The notes under the pieces were generated by a model, which was not told where the DNA came from, ran no database searches, and saw only the letters and a program-made list of their open reading frames with translations. A program made the position numbers and the translations under genes. Positions 1 to 7,190 of a DNA stretch of 47,473 nucleotides are shown here, in pieces (within the stretch, counting starts at the first letter, position 1; the number at the start of each line of letters is the position of its first letter). The DNA comes from a virus. The DNA lies in the IMG/VR virus record IMGVR_UViG_3300003660_000011, one strand, 5' to 3'.

Positions 1-82
1 GGTCAACGGGGTCGATCGGGTCAACGGGGTCGATCGGGTCAACGGGGTCGATCGGGTCAACGGGGTCGATCGGGTCAACGGG
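1..82. repeat. Tandem 18-nt repeat GGTCAACGGGGTCGATCG at the left window edge (4 full units plus a partial one). It is the same repeat as at the right edge.
   Basis: Units read at 1-18, 19-36, 37-54, 55-72, with a partial unit at 73-82. nt 1-63 are identical to nt 47411-47473. Confidence 0.95.
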
Positions 83-298
83 TGCCGGGACCGGATCAGA
101 GCCTTCCGGGAACACGCAGGTCGGGTTGGACCAGTAGAGCACGTCGCCCGAGGCGCCACGAACCGCGGTGTACGCGTCGGGGTCGCACTCGAACATCTCC
201 AGGTTCAGTTTCCAGCCGCGCGGCCGTTCAGTCTCAGCAGTGGCGGCACCGGCGATCAGCACGATGGCGGCCGTCGAGAGCATCAGGAGTTTCTTCAT
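1..298 (-). CDS. 5' portion of a secreted repeat protein: Sec-type signal peptide, a two-Cys segment, then the start of the (PVDPID)n repeat. The ORF leaves the window at nt 1 and resumes in frame at 47473.
   Basis: ATG at 298-296 with AAAGGAA 6 nt upstream. Translation is MKKLLMLSTAAIVLIAGAATAETERPRGWKLNLEMFECDPDAYTAVRGASGDVLYWSNPTCVFPEGSDPVPAPVDPIDPVD... It is absent from the ORF track because the window edge splits it. Confidence 0.65.
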   Translation of the reverse strand, partial: MKKLLMLSTAAIVLIAGAATAETERPRGWKLNLEMFECDPDAYTAVRGASGDVLYWSNPTCVFPEGSDPVPAPVDPIDPVDPIDPVDPIDPVDPIDPVD

Positions 299-314
299 CA
301 GTGGTTCCTTTCGG

Positions 315-343
315 TTGTGTTAACGGGTGAAGTGGAGTACGTA
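315..343 (+). promoter_or_regulatory. Weak sigma70-like promoter candidate (TTGTGT-17-TACGTA). It would start transcription at about the VRR-NUC ATG, giving a leaderless mRNA.
   Basis: Hexamers at 315-320 and 338-343 with a 17-nt spacer. This sits in the only ~50 nt between the divergent genes starting at 298 (-) and 350 (+). The match to consensus is poor. Confidence 0.2.
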
Positions 344-349
344 TCTCAC

Positions 350-763
350 ATGGTTCTGGAAGCGTCAATCGAAAAGTACTTGTTCGATGAAACGAAGCGT
401 CGCGGTGGTCGCGCCGTGAAGCTGAACCCGTCCGGCGCCAAGGGTATCCCCGATCGCCTGGTGATCCTGCCCGGGGCCTTGGTCTTCGTCGAAACGAAAC
501 GGCCAAAGGGTGGAGTACTTGACACGCTGCAGGTTTGGTGGCAGAAGTTCCTGACCCGACTTGGGCATGACGCCCGTGTTCTCCGTACGAAGGAACAGAT
601 TGATGACTTCTTCCGAGCATACGATCAGAAGCAGGGCGGACCTGCGCCCGGCCCAGGTGGCGCTGATCGAGGAGATGAAGCAGAGCATGGAACTTGGCGC
701 CGTTCTCGGTATGGGCGGCGGCAAGACCGTGTCGACCCTGACGGCGTTTCAGGACCTGGATGA
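350..763 (+). CDS. VRR-NUC family (PD-(D/E)xK) nuclease. The last ~40 codons are a read-on tail overlapping the helicase gene.
   Basis: ORF 317-763, ATG 350 with GGAG upstream. EASIEKYL...GIPDRLVILPG...VFVETKRPKG...LQVWW fits the VRR-NUC D/ExK layout. Third-position G+C collapses after about nt 640, where the helicase frame takes over. Confidence 0.7.
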   Translation: MVLEASIEKYLFDETKRRGGRAVKLNPSGAKGIPDRLVILPGALVFVETKRPKGGVLDTLQVWWQKFLTRLGHDARVLRTKEQIDDFFRAYDQKQGGPAPGPGGADRGDEAEHGTWRRSRYGRRQDRVDPDGVSGPG

Positions 764-2084
764 GGCCGGGCAGGCGGACACGATGATCGTGCTGGCGCCG
801 CCGCGCGTCGTCGAGGTATGGTCGCGCGAAGTCGAGAAGTGGGGGCACCTCCAAGGTCTGGTCGTCGTGACCCTGAACGGCTCGCCAGCCGATCGCCTTC
901 GTCAGTCCACTACCGGCGCGGCGCACGTACTGGTTCTCTCGCACGACCTGATCCCCTGGTTCGTCGACAAGTGGCCCCATATCAAGAAGGCTACCGGGAA
1001 AACGATCCTAGCGATCGACGAGATCAGCCGGCTGCGCAACCCGCGCAGCAAGCGCGCCAAGAAGCTCCTCGAGATCATCAACGACTTCGACGCGATCTGG
1101 GGCCTGACCGGCACCCCTCAGCCCGATGGCTATGAGGACCTCTACATGACCCTGAAGGTGCTGACCGGCGGTCGCGTCTGGGGTGAGGAGGACTTCGACA
1201 CCTGGCGCAAGATGCGGTTCTACATGAAGGATCACAACGGCTACGACTGGGGCATCCACACCTTCGCCGCCGAGGCCCTGGACCGCACCGCCAACGAGTT
1301 CCTGATGCGCGTGCCGGATGATCACAGCTCCGGCATCCCGGCTCTGAACGAGGGGCCGGACTTCGACCTATGGGTCGACCCGACACCGCGGCAGCAGGAA
1401 GCCAACAACGAGATGCTGAAGAAGCTGATCCTCGAGATCGAGAACGACGCGGACGAGCAGGGCCGCGAGCTGACCGACGAGGATTACGTCGTGGCGCTGA
1501 CCCGGGCGGCGGCGTCGGGCAAGCTCGAACAGGTCGCCCAGGGGTTCATCTACAACGACCAGCGCGACGTGGTCGAGATGTTCCTCGGCGCTACGAGCCA
1601 CGGTAAAGGGCGGTTCCAGACTACGCCGAAGGGCGCGGCGCTGCAGGACTATCTCGAAGACTGCGGCGAGCACAGCCTGATCGTCTACCGGTTCCGGCAC
1701 GACCTCGAGGCGATCAACCATGCTCTCGGCCTTCGGGAGCCGATGCCATACCTGGGTGGCGGCGTCTCGCAGAAGGAAGGCCAGAGGCTCATTGACAAGT
1801 GGAACGAAGGGAAGTTAAAGTACCTGGCGTTGCACCCTCTGAGCGCCGGGCACGGCATCGAACTACAGTTCGGCGGGCGCCGCATGTTTTTCTACAACCC
1901 CACCTGGTCGGGCGAGGAGTATGCCCAGCTCGTCAAGCGCATCCACCGACCCGGCCAGACCAAGCCGGTCTACATCCACCAGATCGGCGTGCGCAACCTG
2001 ATCGACGGGCTGAAGATCGCCCGCTGCCGGGGTCGCGTCGAAGACCAGATCGAGTTCATCAAGAAGCTGAGGAGCATGACATGA
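603..2084 (+). CDS. SNF2/DEAD-like superfamily 2 helicase
   Basis: Motifs GMGGGKT (Walker A), DEISRLRN (DExx), GLTGTP, SAGHGIELQ and HRPGQTKPV (motif VI). ATG 603 has AAGGA 8 nt upstream; TTG 561 and ATG 567 are alternative starts. Confidence 0.85.
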   Translation: MTSSEHTIRSRADLRPAQVALIEEMKQSMELGAVLGMGGGKTVSTLTAFQDLDEAGQADTMIVLAPPRVVEVWSREVEKWGHLQGLVVVTLNGSPADRLRQSTTGAAHVLVLSHDLIPWFVDKWPHIKKATGKTILAIDEISRLRNPRSKRAKKLLEIINDFDAIWGLTGTPQPDGYEDLYMTLKVLTGGRVWGEEDFDTWRKMRFYMKDHNGYDWGIHTFAAEALDRTANEFLMRVPDDHSSGIPALNEGPDFDLWVDPTPRQQEANNEMLKKLILEIENDADEQGRELTDEDYVVALTRAAASGKLEQVAQGFIYNDQRDVVEMFLGATSHGKGRFQTTPKGAALQDYLEDCGEHSLIVYRFRHDLEAINHALGLREPMPYLGGGVSQKEGQRLIDKWNEGKLKYLALHPLSAGHGIELQFGGRRMFFYNPTWSGEEYAQLVKRIHRPGQTKPVYIHQIGVRNLIDGLKIARCRGRVEDQIEFIKKLRSMT

Positions 2085-2431
2085 ACCCCCTCTCTGAAAT
2101 CCCGTCCGTAGACCTGCTCGAGGAGCTCGCCAACCGAGGCGACGTCCGCATCGTGCAGGCCGAGCAGCGCGTCAACGGTATCGACTTCGCCAACAACCTG
2201 AGCATGGGCGACGAGCTGCGCGTCACCGCCCTGCGCATGGCGGCGCTGATGTTGGGGCGCACCGTCGCAGATGACGCCAACCTGTTCTACGGCGTCCGGC
2301 GGCGCATGAAGACCTCGGCGAGCGAGGACTTCAAGGCGGTCGCGTTCATGGCGACGGCGCCGCTGATCCAGAAACTGCTGACGAAAGCGCCGGCCGAAGG
2401 CGGGGAGAGCGTGGAGGGAGCGGCCGGATGA
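2081..2431 (+). CDS. Hypothetical protein (116 aa)
   Basis: ATGA start/stop overlap with the helicase gene. Coding-type third-position G+C. No motif recognised. Confidence 0.6.
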   Translation: MNPLSEIPSVDLLEELANRGDVRIVQAEQRVNGIDFANNLSMGDELRVTALRMAALMLGRTVADDANLFYGVRRRMKTSASEDFKAVAFMATAPLIQKLLTKAPAEGGESVEGAAG

Positions 2432-2799
2432 GCAAGCCTTTGACGCACCCCGCCCTGTCCGCCCCGGCCGACGTGATCTACTTCGTCGGCTGGATCAACC
2501 CTCGGCCGAAGCACCACTTCGCCGCGTTCATCCGGTTCATCGCCGGTTCTGGCGCGTACGAGGAACTCGGCCTCTCTTCGATAGAGAAGCGCGAGAAGGT
2601 CGCGAACACCCTGAACCGCTACCTTTCCAAAGAGGACTGGCGGACGCTCGAGAACGCGGTGTCGATCCCGGGCGGCGTCTCGGCGTCGGCCCCGATCAGC
2701 TACATGAACCTGCCGATCGTGCTCTGGCCCCGGGCCGACACACTCGCTGTGATGAAGAGCCCCAACGGGCACCGGCCTGGAGGAGGGGCCGTAGCATGA
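2428..2799 (+). CDS. Hypothetical protein (123 aa)
   Basis: ATGA overlap with the upstream gene. Plausible composition. No motif recognised. Confidence 0.6.
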   Translation: MSKPLTHPALSAPADVIYFVGWINPRPKHHFAAFIRFIAGSGAYEELGLSSIEKREKVANTLNRYLSKEDWRTLENAVSIPGGVSASAPISYMNLPIVLWPRADTLAVMKSPNGHRPGGGAVA

Positions 2800-3575
2800 C
2801 CGATCAACTGACCGACGAGGCCGTGAAGGCGCTGCTGGACGGCACGACGCCGGGGCCGTGGCGCGTGGAAATCCTAACCGGATCGAACCCCAATGGTGAT
2901 GAGTGGGAGACGGATGTCGAAATCAGCTCCGCTTCTGGTCGGTATATCATGGGGCATGACCTCGGATACCGAGACGATGCGGACGCCGAAATCAAGGCGA
3001 CATCCCACCTCATCGCCGCCGCCCCCGACCTCGCCCGCACCGTGATCGCCCTTCACGCCCAGCTTGCCGACGCCAAGGCCGCGCAGGCGAAGGTGGTGGA
3101 GCGGGCGTGTCTGGCAGTTTCAGAAAAGGCTGACTGGCCCGAAGATGAGCATGGGCGCACGGAACAGCCCGAGTTATTCGCGCGGGTGATTAACACCATC
3201 CGCGCCCTTGCCCCCGCTGGCGGCCTCGCCGCCGTGCAGGCGCTGCGGGCGGAGCGGGACAGGTTCGAGGCTGCACTTGGCCGCGCATGTCTGGTGGGCG
3301 GCACCACATATCTCGTGGAGCGCGCCGAGAAGGCCGAAGCCGAGCGCGACCGTCTGGCCGCTGCGAACGCGGCGCTTGAAGCACAGGTGGCGCGGCTGGT
3401 GGGGGCGCTGGAAGCCCTGCGCCATACGGTCTGTGGGGAGACTGGCTTTGCGTCTTGCGTCCGCGCGCACAGCGGGAAAGCCTACCCGTGGCCCGCACTT
3501 GATGAAGCCGAGGCGCTGGTAAACGCCGCCCTCGCCGAAGTGCAGGCGGATGCGCGCCGGGAGGGCGGGGAATGA
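2796..3575 (+). CDS. Ead/Ea22-like phage protein
   Basis: GGAGGAGGGG RBS. The N-terminal LLDGTTPGPW motif is typical of Ead/Ea22-like proteins. The C-terminal half is Ala/Glu/Arg-rich and coiled-coil-like. Confidence 0.5.
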   Translation: MTDQLTDEAVKALLDGTTPGPWRVEILTGSNPNGDEWETDVEISSASGRYIMGHDLGYRDDADAEIKATSHLIAAAPDLARTVIALHAQLADAKAAQAKVVERACLAVSEKADWPEDEHGRTEQPELFARVINTIRALAPAGGLAAVQALRAERDRFEAALGRACLVGGTTYLVERAEKAEAERDRLAAANAALEAQVARLVGALEALRHTVCGETGFASCVRAHSGKAYPWPALDEAEALVNAALAEVQADARREGGE

Positions 3576-3874
3576 GCGATCATTTTAATAGGTTGACACC
3601 AGCCGAAGCCGAGCGACTTGCGATGCTGGCGGAAGAATGCGGAGAGGTTATCCAGATCGTGGGGAAAATCCTGCGGCATGGGTATGACAGTTATCACCCC
3701 AACAACCCGTTGGTGACGAACCGGCAGCTTCTTGGACGAGAACTGACTGACCTTTACGCGGTGGCTTCTGCCTTGTGCCGGGACAAAGTCCCGGAAGGTT
3801 CGCTGCATGATCAGGATCGGGCTTGGGACCGCAAGCTTCGCTACGCGCACCATCAAGAGGAGTTACCCAAATGA
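3572..3874 (+). CDS. MazG-like all-alpha NTP pyrophosphohydrolase (small phage type)
   Basis: LTPAEAERLAMLAEECGEVIQIVGKILRHG and a downstream ELTDLY helix resemble the acidic metal-binding helices of MazG-like proteins. 100 aa, ATGA overlaps on both sides. Confidence 0.55.
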   Translation: MSDHFNRLTPAEAERLAMLAEECGEVIQIVGKILRHGYDSYHPNNPLVTNRQLLGRELTDLYAVASALCRDKVPEGSLHDQDRAWDRKLRYAHHQEELPK

Positions 3875-4224
3875 CCGACGACACGCCCCCGGTGCTTTAC
3901 ATCAGCGCCGACACAAGCGGCCTGACCACGCGCTACAAGGCCACGCCGCGAATGCACATGGGCGCGGAGGCGTGGGTGCCGAAGAAGACGCTGGAAGCGC
4001 TGTATTGGCGGCTTCGCAGTTATGCCTTCCATGACGATAACTGCACGTTCAACAGGCCGCCGCATTATCGGGGCTGCTCCTGCGGCCTGACCGCCGCCCT
4101 TGCCGCGCTTCCCGCCCCGGACGAGGGCGGCACGATGGAGCCTGTCGTCGACGGCCAGATACGACACGAGCGCCGCGGGCAGCTGCCTGACGGCGATCCT
4201 CGAAAACCGAAGTCGGGAGGTTGA
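3871..4224 (+). CDS. Hypothetical Cys/His-containing protein (117 aa)
   Basis: ATG 3871 overlaps the upstream stop. Contains HDDNCTF...GCSCG. No family recognised. Confidence 0.55.
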   Translation: MTDDTPPVLYISADTSGLTTRYKATPRMHMGAEAWVPKKTLEALYWRLRSYAFHDDNCTFNRPPHYRGCSCGLTAALAALPAPDEGGTMEPVVDGQIRHERRGQLPDGDPRKPKSGG

Positions 4225-4229
4225 CGTTG

Positions 4230-4340
4230 ATGTGGCTGCTCATCGCATGTATGGTCGGTCTGGTTGGCGGCGACAGCTGATACGGTTGGGGAGCCTTCTG
4301 GGGCATCTTCTTCTGGTACGCTTTCACGAGCCCCCAGTAA
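4230..4340 (+). CDS. Candidate 36-codon hydrophobic Trp-rich mini-ORF interrupted by an in-frame TGA at 4278 (MWLLIACMVGLVGGDS-stop-YGWGAFWGIFFWYAFTSPQ)
   Basis: GGGAGG at 4215-4220 lies 9 nt before ATG 4230. Both halves keep G/C-ending codons (12/16 and 16/19 by hand count) in one frame. TAA at 4338 lies inside the terminator hairpin. Confidence 0.3.
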
Positions 4341-4358
4341 GCCTGGGGGCTTGATTTC
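4329..4358 (+). terminator. Intrinsic terminator-like hairpin 27 nt upstream of the primase-helicase start
   Basis: AGCCCCCA (4329-4336) pairs with TGGGGGCT (4344-4351) around the loop GTAAGCC, followed by TTGATTTC. Confidence 0.55.
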
Positions 4359-4384
4359 ACCGAGATCAAGGACAAGGACTTGAC

Positions 4385-6877
4385 ATGACCACAGCTATCG
4401 ACCGGAAGGTCGCGGCGCAGCAGGCAACCGAAGATCGGTTGCGGCTGCTCTCTCTCGGCTACACTCCCCTTCCAGCCCGCGGCAAGTTGTGCCTGCTCGA
4501 GGGCTGGCCGCACGTCACGCCTGACCGGGCGGTCGTCGAGAAGTGGAAGCGCAATCTCGACCTCTGCTCGTCCGGCATCCGGCTCGAGGGGCGGCAGATC
4601 GCGATCGACCTCGACGTCATGGACGCGAACCTGGTCGAGCAGATGCTCGACAAGCTCTGGGACCACTGGCCTGATCTCGACAACGCCCCGCAGCGCATCG
4701 GCCGCGCGCCCAAGGTGCTCTACCTTGCGCAGCTGCCGAAGGGTGAGGCAGCGCTGACCGTGATGTCGACCAAGCACTGGGTCAGCCCGTCGGGCGAGCC
4801 GATGCACGTCGAGGTCTTCGGCGGTGGGCGGTCCAGGTTCATCGGCTGGTGCGGCCCGCACACGGTCGAGGACAAGATCGGCCCCGACGGCTGGGTCGTG
4901 CATCGCACCTATGATGACGCGGGCACGCTGGTCCCGGCCGAGGACCTTCCGATGATCACGATGGCGACGCTGCGCGCCTGGCTGGAGGACTGCGACACCC
5001 TCTTCCAGCGGGCTGGCTATGTCGAGCATCGGCCCCAGGCCGGCGCCTCGGCAAAGTTCGTGCGCGACATCGAAGAGGACATGGTCTTCGACTGCGACGA
5101 CGGCGTGATCCGCGAGGGCGTGGCCGCGATGGTCGACTACGCAGACAATGACCGGAACGCGCGCTGCGCGCTCAGCTTCCTCGACAAGGCTGCGACGAAC
5201 ACGACGCGCTGCCGGGTGTCGCTGGCGGACGACGGTGAGCTGCGCATCTTTGACTTCGGCGACTGGGTGACGCACGCGCCAGTCGTCGGGGCCGAGGCCA
5301 CGAAACCGGTCGCCCCCGCATCGCTGGGCGGCCTGCTGGCGTCGCTGGGCCTGGGTGGCGGGGGTAGCGCGGCCGAGGCCACTGCCGAGGCGCCTGAGCC
5401 GGAGATCGCCGAGGTCGGCATCGCCGAGCGGACTTATATCGACGCCGGGGGTGACCTCGCGCAGTGGATGGAGGATGACGTGCAGTCGGCGGCCGAGCGG
5501 TTCGAGGACGCGTTCAACGAGCTCCTGTACGGCATGGTCTACGACACGACCGAGGAGGTCACCCGGCGCATCGACGACAGCCCGGAGATCGGGCTGGCCG
5601 CGTCCCGGCGGATGGACAGTTACACCAACCGCTCCCTGATCGTGGTGGGGCCGAAAGGCGGGCGCAAGAAGATCAACCCGATGACCGCGTGGACCGCGTC
5701 GCGCAAACGGCTCGAGGTGTCCGGGATCAGGTTCACCCCCGGGGAAAGCATCATCTACGCCGAGAACGGGCGACGGTGGTTGAACACATGGCGAGAGCCT
5801 GAGGTCGACCCGGCGCGGATCAGCCACGACGCGATCCTGTGCTGGCTCCGGTTCATGGAACACCTGATCCCGGACGAGCGCGAGCGGGAGTGGTTCGAGC
5901 GGTTCGTGGCGCACAAGTTCGTCAACCCGCGCTTCCGTGGGGCCGGCGTCCTGATGGTCGCGGCCAGCACGCAAGGCGCCGGGCGATCGACGCTCATGGC
6001 CGCCCTGGGCGCCGTCTTCGGGGACTACGTGGCGCGCATCTCGAGCGCGCACCTGTTCGACGCCAGCCAGCGCAACGGGTGGATGGAGAAAGCCCTCTGG
6101 GCCTTCGGGAACGAGGTCAAGTTCTCGGTCCGGTACAGCGACCGGGTCGAGGCCTACGAGCGGTTGAAGGACCTCGTCGATCCGGCCCAGAACCACGTCC
6201 GCCTGGATGAGAAGTTCCAGCGGCCGCACGAGGCGCTGGTGTACACGTCCTACCTTCTGGCGACCAACCGGCACGACGCGCTGCCGCTGCCCCCGGACGA
6301 CCGACGGTTCGCGATCATCACCAACGGCGGCAAGATGCCCGAGGAGATGAAGGAGGAGCTCTACGGGCAGTGGTACGTGCGCGGCGTGCCCGGCGACGCG
6401 CTGACGCACAGCCTGCGGGCCTACTACCGATCGCGGGGGACCGAGGTCATGGAGAGCGGGCAGACAGACGACCTGGTGGACGCGCCGCGCTGGTTCGCCG
6501 GGCGGGCGCACATGATCGAGGCAGGGGAGAGTGACGTCGACCAGATATTCAGGGCGGCGCTGGGGCGCATCCCGCCGGGGCAGATCGCCATCCGCCGCGA
6601 TGACCTCGAGAAGCTCCTGCTCGGCGAGCTGCGCGTGCAGGGGATGGAGACCAAGCGTCCGGCGATCCGTCAGTACATAAACGGGCTCCATGGGGAGGTC
6701 GCCGCGGGCGTCGGATGGGAGCTTTTGCCGGGGCGGATCAAGGTCGGCTACAGCGACGTGAAGGCCTCCGTAGCCTGTCGCTCGGGGTCAGTTTCGGCCT
6801 TTATGAAACTGACCCCGAGCGATCGGGAGCGGATTTTGAAAGGTACTGACCCGGTAGGAGTACTAGGTACCTGTTGA
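4385..6877 (+). CDS. Bifunctional primase-helicase (N-terminal prim-pol-like domain, central D5/VirE-type P-loop NTPase, C-terminal extension)
   Basis: LGYTPLP...GW, DLDVMD and HVEVFGGG in the N-terminal third. P-loop QGAGRST. 830 aa. AAGGA RBS. The last 100 nt carry TGACCC iterons. Confidence 0.8.
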   Translation: MTTAIDRKVAAQQATEDRLRLLSLGYTPLPARGKLCLLEGWPHVTPDRAVVEKWKRNLDLCSSGIRLEGRQIAIDLDVMDANLVEQMLDKLWDHWPDLDNAPQRIGRAPKVLYLAQLPKGEAALTVMSTKHWVSPSGEPMHVEVFGGGRSRFIGWCGPHTVEDKIGPDGWVVHRTYDDAGTLVPAEDLPMITMATLRAWLEDCDTLFQRAGYVEHRPQAGASAKFVRDIEEDMVFDCDDGVIREGVAAMVDYADNDRNARCALSFLDKAATNTTRCRVSLADDGELRIFDFGDWVTHAPVVGAEATKPVAPASLGGLLASLGLGGGGSAAEATAEAPEPEIAEVGIAERTYIDAGGDLAQWMEDDVQSAAERFEDAFNELLYGMVYDTTEEVTRRIDDSPEIGLAASRRMDSYTNRSLIVVGPKGGRKKINPMTAWTASRKRLEVSGIRFTPGESIIYAENGRRWLNTWREPEVDPARISHDAILCWLRFMEHLIPDEREREWFERFVAHKFVNPRFRGAGVLMVAASTQGAGRSTLMAALGAVFGDYVARISSAHLFDASQRNGWMEKALWAFGNEVKFSVRYSDRVEAYERLKDLVDPAQNHVRLDEKFQRPHEALVYTSYLLATNRHDALPLPPDDRRFAIITNGGKMPEEMKEELYGQWYVRGVPGDALTHSLRAYYRSRGTEVMESGQTDDLVDAPRWFAGRAHMIEAGESDVDQIFRAALGRIPPGQIAIRRDDLEKLLLGELRVQGMETKRPAIRQYINGLHGEVAAGVGWELLPGRIKVGYSDVKASVACRSGSVSAFMKLTPSDRERILKGTDPVGVLGTC

Positions 6878-7125
6878 CGCGCGTGCCGGGGTCAGTTTCA
6901 AACTGACCCCAAAACGCAAATGACCCCGAAAGTGACCCGACTTTTATGTAATGATTTCAAAGCGGTACTTACTACAGGGTCAGAAGGTCAGTAAATATAT
7001 AAAAGAGAGAGTAGAGTATGGATATTGTTATTTATTATATGGTATAACATGTAACAAATAACCATATCCATGTTGTATAGAGCTAGGGACGAAAATTTAC
7101 TGACCCTGACCCCAAAACTGACCCC
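6784..7125. promoter_or_regulatory. Iteron array (12 copies of TGACC(C) in both orientations) flanking an A+T island; putative origin of replication
   Basis: Copies at 6784-6794, 6806-6816, 6844-6852, 6888-6898, 6900-6910, 6921-6927, 6933-6938, 6977-6983, 6986-6991, 7101-7106, 7107-7113 and 7119-7125. About 31% G+C over 6941-7100 by hand count. Confidence 0.6.
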
Positions 7126-7190
7126 GGGCAATCTTGCGGTGAAACCCGGAGCATGTTACAAATCACATGTTATAGAACCCAGGAGGCACC

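Noticed and set aside
1-82. CRISPR array at the window edges
   Set aside because: The 18-nt units are directly tandem with no spacers. They are in frame within a coding sequence, and no cas genes are present.
590-650. Programmed frameshift fusing the VRR-NUC nuclease to the SNF2 helicase
   Set aside because: It would need a +1 shift and I see no slippery or shifty-stop sequence. The helicase has its own ATG with an AAGGA RBS. An unselected read-on tail explains the overlap.
2878-2892. tRNA-like T-arm sequence (CCGGATCGAACCCCA)
   Set aside because: No acceptor stem, D arm or anticodon arm can be folded around it. It lies in frame inside the well-supported CDS 2796-3575. No tRNA gene was found elsewhere.
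4227-4255. Promoter TTGATG-17-TATGGT driving a ~100-nt small RNA ending at the 4329-4358 terminator
   Set aside because: Not excluded, but both hexamers are weak and the element lies inside the mini-ORF, which has an RBS and coding-type third positions. I treat it as an alternative within the attenuator finding rather than as a feature.
4049-6691. 880-aa minus-strand ORF antisense to the primase-helicase gene
   Set aside because: It has Arg/Pro/Gly/Ala-rich out-of-frame composition, no RBS and no motifs. It completely overlaps a plus-strand gene with clear primase and P-loop motifs. Long antisense ORFs are expected in G+C-rich DNA. The same reasoning applies to 11530-14316, 14338-16026, 27752-29854, 29873-31312 and 32564-34090 (all minus strand).
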